Shown: positions 55,844 through 59,497 of the stretch, in pieces
How the letters are laid out: each line of letters starts with the position of its first letter
Position numbering within the stretch: the first letter of the stretch is position 1
NCBI GenBank assembly: GCA_013115145.1
Contig: JAAPAO010000162.1
Span: 1-59,497 of the forward strand
Source: Perkinsus chesapeaki ATCC PRA-425
Taxonomy: Eukaryota > Protista > Perkinsozoa
Length of the DNA stretch: 59,497 nt
Direction: 5' to 3'
Program-made: the position numbers and the translations under genes
Notes under the pieces: model-generated
What the model was told of the DNA's origin: nothing
Seen by the model: only the letters and a program-made list of their open reading frames with translations
The model's database searches: none

Positions 55844-58191
55844 CTCCGGCAACTGGTTTTTTCCGCAACGCTTGGCTCTGTATCGTCCTTATACAGAACA
55901 CTATCAGCGAGTATCTTGAGTTTAGACAGCTGAAGAAGAATGCTGGCACAAAGGTAGCATCATCCTCTCTTACTCAGTTAGGATCAGTGCTTATGTATTA
56001 CAAGCTAGCCATAGTTGCTTATATATAAAATAGGGTATAATTAATATAATATAATTAATTATCATTATATAACTAATATTGTATTATCAGTATGATATAA
56101 CTGACTAGCATTATATAACTAATATCGTATAATTAATATAATATGGTATAATAGCGCTCCCTCGATCAATCTCGTCTAAAACACAGGTTCTTTGCTTTTG
56201 ATAGCTCGGAACGGAAAAACTTTATAATATCGTGCGTGTGGCTCAATTCCAAGCGGGTTCGAGGATTACAAGCTTCAAGCCTATTAGTTGAAGCCCCTTA
56301 CGCTTTTTATTGAAAAATATAGCGTTTTCCCACTTAGATCCCTGATGAAGTTAAGGGTGTTGTCGACGAGGAAACTTTCATAAAATCCCAAAGGTAAGTC
56401 GAACCCCGAGTATTTTGCCGTTCTGGACGACATTCTACCAGTTACAACTACGACAAGCGTCTATTCGGCATGTTGGCTTCATTCATCGAAATGCTATTCG
56501 ATATCTGGATGACTCTGAAGGTTACCGGCCCTCTTTTTGCCTGGACGGGTGAGCCGACGGTCATTGCTAGTCAGAGCTTTTATTCTTACAGGAACTGTGG
56601 TGTCACCTGACAACGAGTACACGCGCACCATTCTATGGCTACTCGTTGGCTCTCTGATAAACGACGTAAGGTCTCTCTCGGGTTCAATTCCCGGCTGAGG
56701 TGTTTTTATTGTATAATATTCCCAGATAATCGGCATACCATTTGCTGCTTATCGCACCTTCGTTATTGAGCAGCGCCACGGGTTCAATAGGATGACAGGC
56801 AAATTGTGGGTCGAACGAGAAGGGGGAAATTATTTCATCGTCTTTTCTGTCAAATGCCAGATTTGTAACCGATCTGCTCAAGTCCGAAGTCATCAGTGCT
56901 GTTTTTACACTGATCCTAGTGCCACCAGTAATCTATCTCATCCGCTGGGGTGGTGAATACTTTTATGTGTACGTGCTCATACCGTAACTTCCTCCAATGG
57001 ATCTTTTCAGGTATGTGTGGCTCTTCTGTCAAGTAGTCGTTGTCGTTATGATGTTTGTTTATCCAGCCGTCATCCAGCCCCTCTTCAACAAATACGAGGT
57101 GAACTCCATCTTTGATCGAGTACCCCCTACCACTATTGCTCAGCCGCTTCAAGACACCCAACTGCGCGAAAAGATCGAGGCCTTGGCTGCATCTCACAAG
57201 TTCCCTCTCACCAAGCTCTTCCAGGTTATTTCAAATTTGCCCTTTCCATTGCTGCTGTGAAGTCTGTGGTAGGTTGATGGATCGAAGCGTTCGTCCCACA
57301 GCAATGCCTACTTCTTTGGCTTCTGGAAGAGCAAGCGTATCGTGCTTTTCGATACGCTCCTATCGCTGACTCACGAGGAGATCCTGGCTGTACGCTGACT
57401 CCCTGCTAACTTTCACAGTATCTTTCCAGGTCCTAGCGCATGAGCTCGGCCATTGGTATCATAATCATTTAGTGAAGTCTATGACCGCTGCAAGCCTTCA
57501 TCTCTTGGTTATCATGTACGCCTATGGCGTTTTCGTTCAGCGTTATGGCGTCCAACTTCTAGCGTAAGGAAATAAGTCGGAATAAAGCCAAGCCAAGTTG
57601 CTTCTCTGCTTCAGTGACTTCGGCTTCCCCACCATGCCAAATGGCTCCGTCCCAGCAGTCGTTGCGCTCATGTTGTTCAGCAGGCTGTGGCAGCCAATCG
57701 ATCAAGTCATTAATGTGCTCATGACCATCCAAACCCGGTGGGTGGTTGATCCCGAGATTTTGGTGATCTCATTGCGTCTACTTCAGGGCTTTCGAATTCC
57801 AGGCAGATCGTTTCTCCGTCAATGACGGACGCGCCGGTGACTTGAAGACATCTCTCATCAAGCTGCAGAAAGATAACCTCGGCGACATGGACCCCGACCG
57901 GCTGTAAGAGCACCGGCTCTGAATGATCTTTACTTGGTTGCCAGATACGCCTGGGTTAACTACACCCATCCAGCCATAGTTGAGCGCTTGAGAGGAATCG
58001 ACGACGCTGAGGCTGCATACGAGAAGAAGGGCGGCAAGCCAGCACCCAAGTTCGAGACTAGCAAGGATGCCGACGATGCGGTGAGCTCCGGGACGTTGGC
58101 CTTATTCTGCGAATGCTTTGATGATGATCAGGTGCTCGTTGAAAAAGAGGATGTCCCTGATGATGCAGGAGTGTTGAGGGAACGCAAGTGA
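55837..58191 (+). CDS. STE24: CAAX prenyl protease 1 (STE24/ZMPSTE24, peptidase M48), multi-exon
   Basis: [75 protein letters not shown] (HExxH), [14 protein letters not shown]. Confidence 0.95.
56021..56152. repeat. AT-rich degenerate repeat in STE24 intron 1
   Basis: Recurring TATAATTAATATAATAT and CATTATATAACTAATAT units. Confidence 0.7.
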
Positions 58192-58387
58192 ACTGTTGAA
58201 GCTGCTGCTAGCTCACTATAGTTACTTTTGAATTCCACATAGTGTTGCGTCGTTATTACAGCAAGCACAAGGTCTTATAGCGTCTCCGAGCGAGTTTGCT
58301 TCGTTATGATTGATGATGTCCGATAATATGACTGAGGATGCTACTTCGATCATCAAACGGCTGTCAAAGCTCAACATCACTGGTGAC

Positions 58388-59497
58388 ATGATGTTCAAGG
58401 CAGTTGGCCATAGAAGCAGTGTATTCGATCTCGACCGATGCCTTGAGAAAGCCAAGAAGTAGAATATCTAGCAAGCATCGATGTCATTTTGTCACACCTG
58501 AAATCAGTTGCGAGCTCCTATCATCACCGCAGATTCGGGTGCTGTGCGAACGTCTCAAAGGTATATTAGAAGAGGAGTCGAACGTCCTTCAGCTTCAGCC
58601 TCCTGTAACTGTCGTTGGCGATGTCCACGGGTAAGAATACCCTACAAGTGTCCGTTGCAATCTCGGTCTCCCGGTCTGCCGTCGAAGTACGTTCTCTACG
58701 TCGCTACATTCAGGCAATTTCATGACGTCATCGAGCTCCTGATGGTTGGCGGGCCAGTCCCAGATGTCAACTACCTCTTCCTGGTAAGAACCTTAGCTCA
58801 TCTAGAGCTGTTCAATATCTCATCAGGGTGATTACGTCGACCGGGGTTCACTCAGTGTTGAGACCATCACTCTTCTATCTTGCTTGAAGCTGCGCTATCC
58901 AGATCGTGTTCATCTGCTTCGTGGGAATCATGAGTCTCGGCAAATCACCCAAGTACTCTTTGGAGCATCTTATCGAAGTTGAGGGGCTTGGCCAGGTGTA
59001 TGGTTTTTATGCCGAGTGTGCTATGAAGTATGAGGACATTGACCACATTGTTTGGAAATCTTTCACCGATATGTTTGACTATCTCCCCGTTGCAGCTGTC
59101 ATCGGCGGCAAAACTCTTGCAGTAAGTACCAGCTCTTCAGTGCTGCTTGTTCTACTGTAGCCACGACTATTGAGTGTTTCACAATGCATTTGAGGGCATT
59201 GCTCATTAACATTATGCTGCTCCAGGTTCATGGTGGTCTGTCACCATCAGTGCATACTCTAGATCAGCTTCGTCTACTCTATCGTTTTGGCGAGATTCCC
59301 CATGAAGGTCCTCTTGCTGACATAGTCTGGTAAGCTCCTCTGTCATCCCTTTTCTACCTGCTCCTCCTCTAGGTCGGATCCGGATGGTAGCAGCATGCAC
59401 GTCCATAACAATGCGGATGGTCCTGTTGTTGTCGAGGTAGCAGCGGGCGAAATGGCGGACATCGTCCCTTCAGGAGCCTACCACAGCTGTTCGAGGC
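58388..59497 (+). CDS. PPP-family Ser/Thr phosphatase catalytic subunit (PP2A/PP4/PP6 group, Ppg1-like), truncated by window end
   Basis: [10 protein letters not shown]|NCELL...[14 protein letters not shown]|QFHD, YLFL|[52 protein letters not shown]|SDP. Confidence 0.93.

Noticed and set aside
55740-55860. PTRHD1-STE24 fusion protein
   Set aside because: No available GT-AG combination brings the PTRHD1 frame into the STE24 frame.
56342-56376. CTGATGA...GAAAC hammerhead-like spacing
   Set aside because: Lies in conserved STE24 coding sequence ([14 protein letters not shown]) and stem II does not pair.
10311-56725. Functional tRNA genes at the B-box sites
   Set aside because: None has a pairing acceptor, D and anticodon stem set; all are partial and intron-sized.
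1-59497. CRISPR arrays, rRNA genes, transposase/RT ORFs, and most 60-130 aa ORFs in the track
   Set aside because: No regularly spaced direct repeats, rRNA-length similarity or RT/integrase/transposase motifs seen. The short ORFs are exon fragments or antisense shadows of the spliced genes listed.

Overview
Gene-dense, intron-rich eukaryotic DNA. Short (~30-70 nt) GT-AG introns, intronless pepsin-like proteases, alveolate-type flagellar and RNA-binding genes and a spliced-leader-like 12-mer suggest a perkinsid (Perkinsus-like) alveolate; this is inference, not a database match. About 19 genes were reconstructed by hand-splicing. In order: two tandem aspartic proteases, a small Cys-rich secreted peptide, UBE2W-like E2, C3H1 finger protein, AT-hook/zinc-ribbon/WD40 protein (TFIIIC tau91/GTF3C2-like), NXPE/PC-esterase, DHHC palmitoyltransferase, Mei2-like RRM protein, a 682-aa unknown, a CCCH-RING-TRAF-finger protein, kinesin-9, a ~10.8-kb coiled-coil gene, a secreted C2H2-like protein, an AN1-AN1-NZF-CaaX protein, another coiled-coil unknown, a trichoplein/TPH-like protein, PTRHD1, STE24 and a PP2A/PP4-family phosphatase (cut by the window end). 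The two most unusual signals are non-coding. (1) A 277-nt GC-rich element in PTRHD1 intron 1 has predicted helices and a pseudoknot in the order of an RNase MRP/P RNA, with further snoRNA-like elements in the same host gene. (2) At least seven short introns in six genes carry a tRNA T-arm/B-box-like motif, six of them 15-17 nt from the 5' splice site; the seventh (12 nt) lies in the putative TFIIIC-subunit gene. No CRISPR array, rRNA, complete tRNA or autonomous transposon was seen. Exon boundaries are manual predictions.
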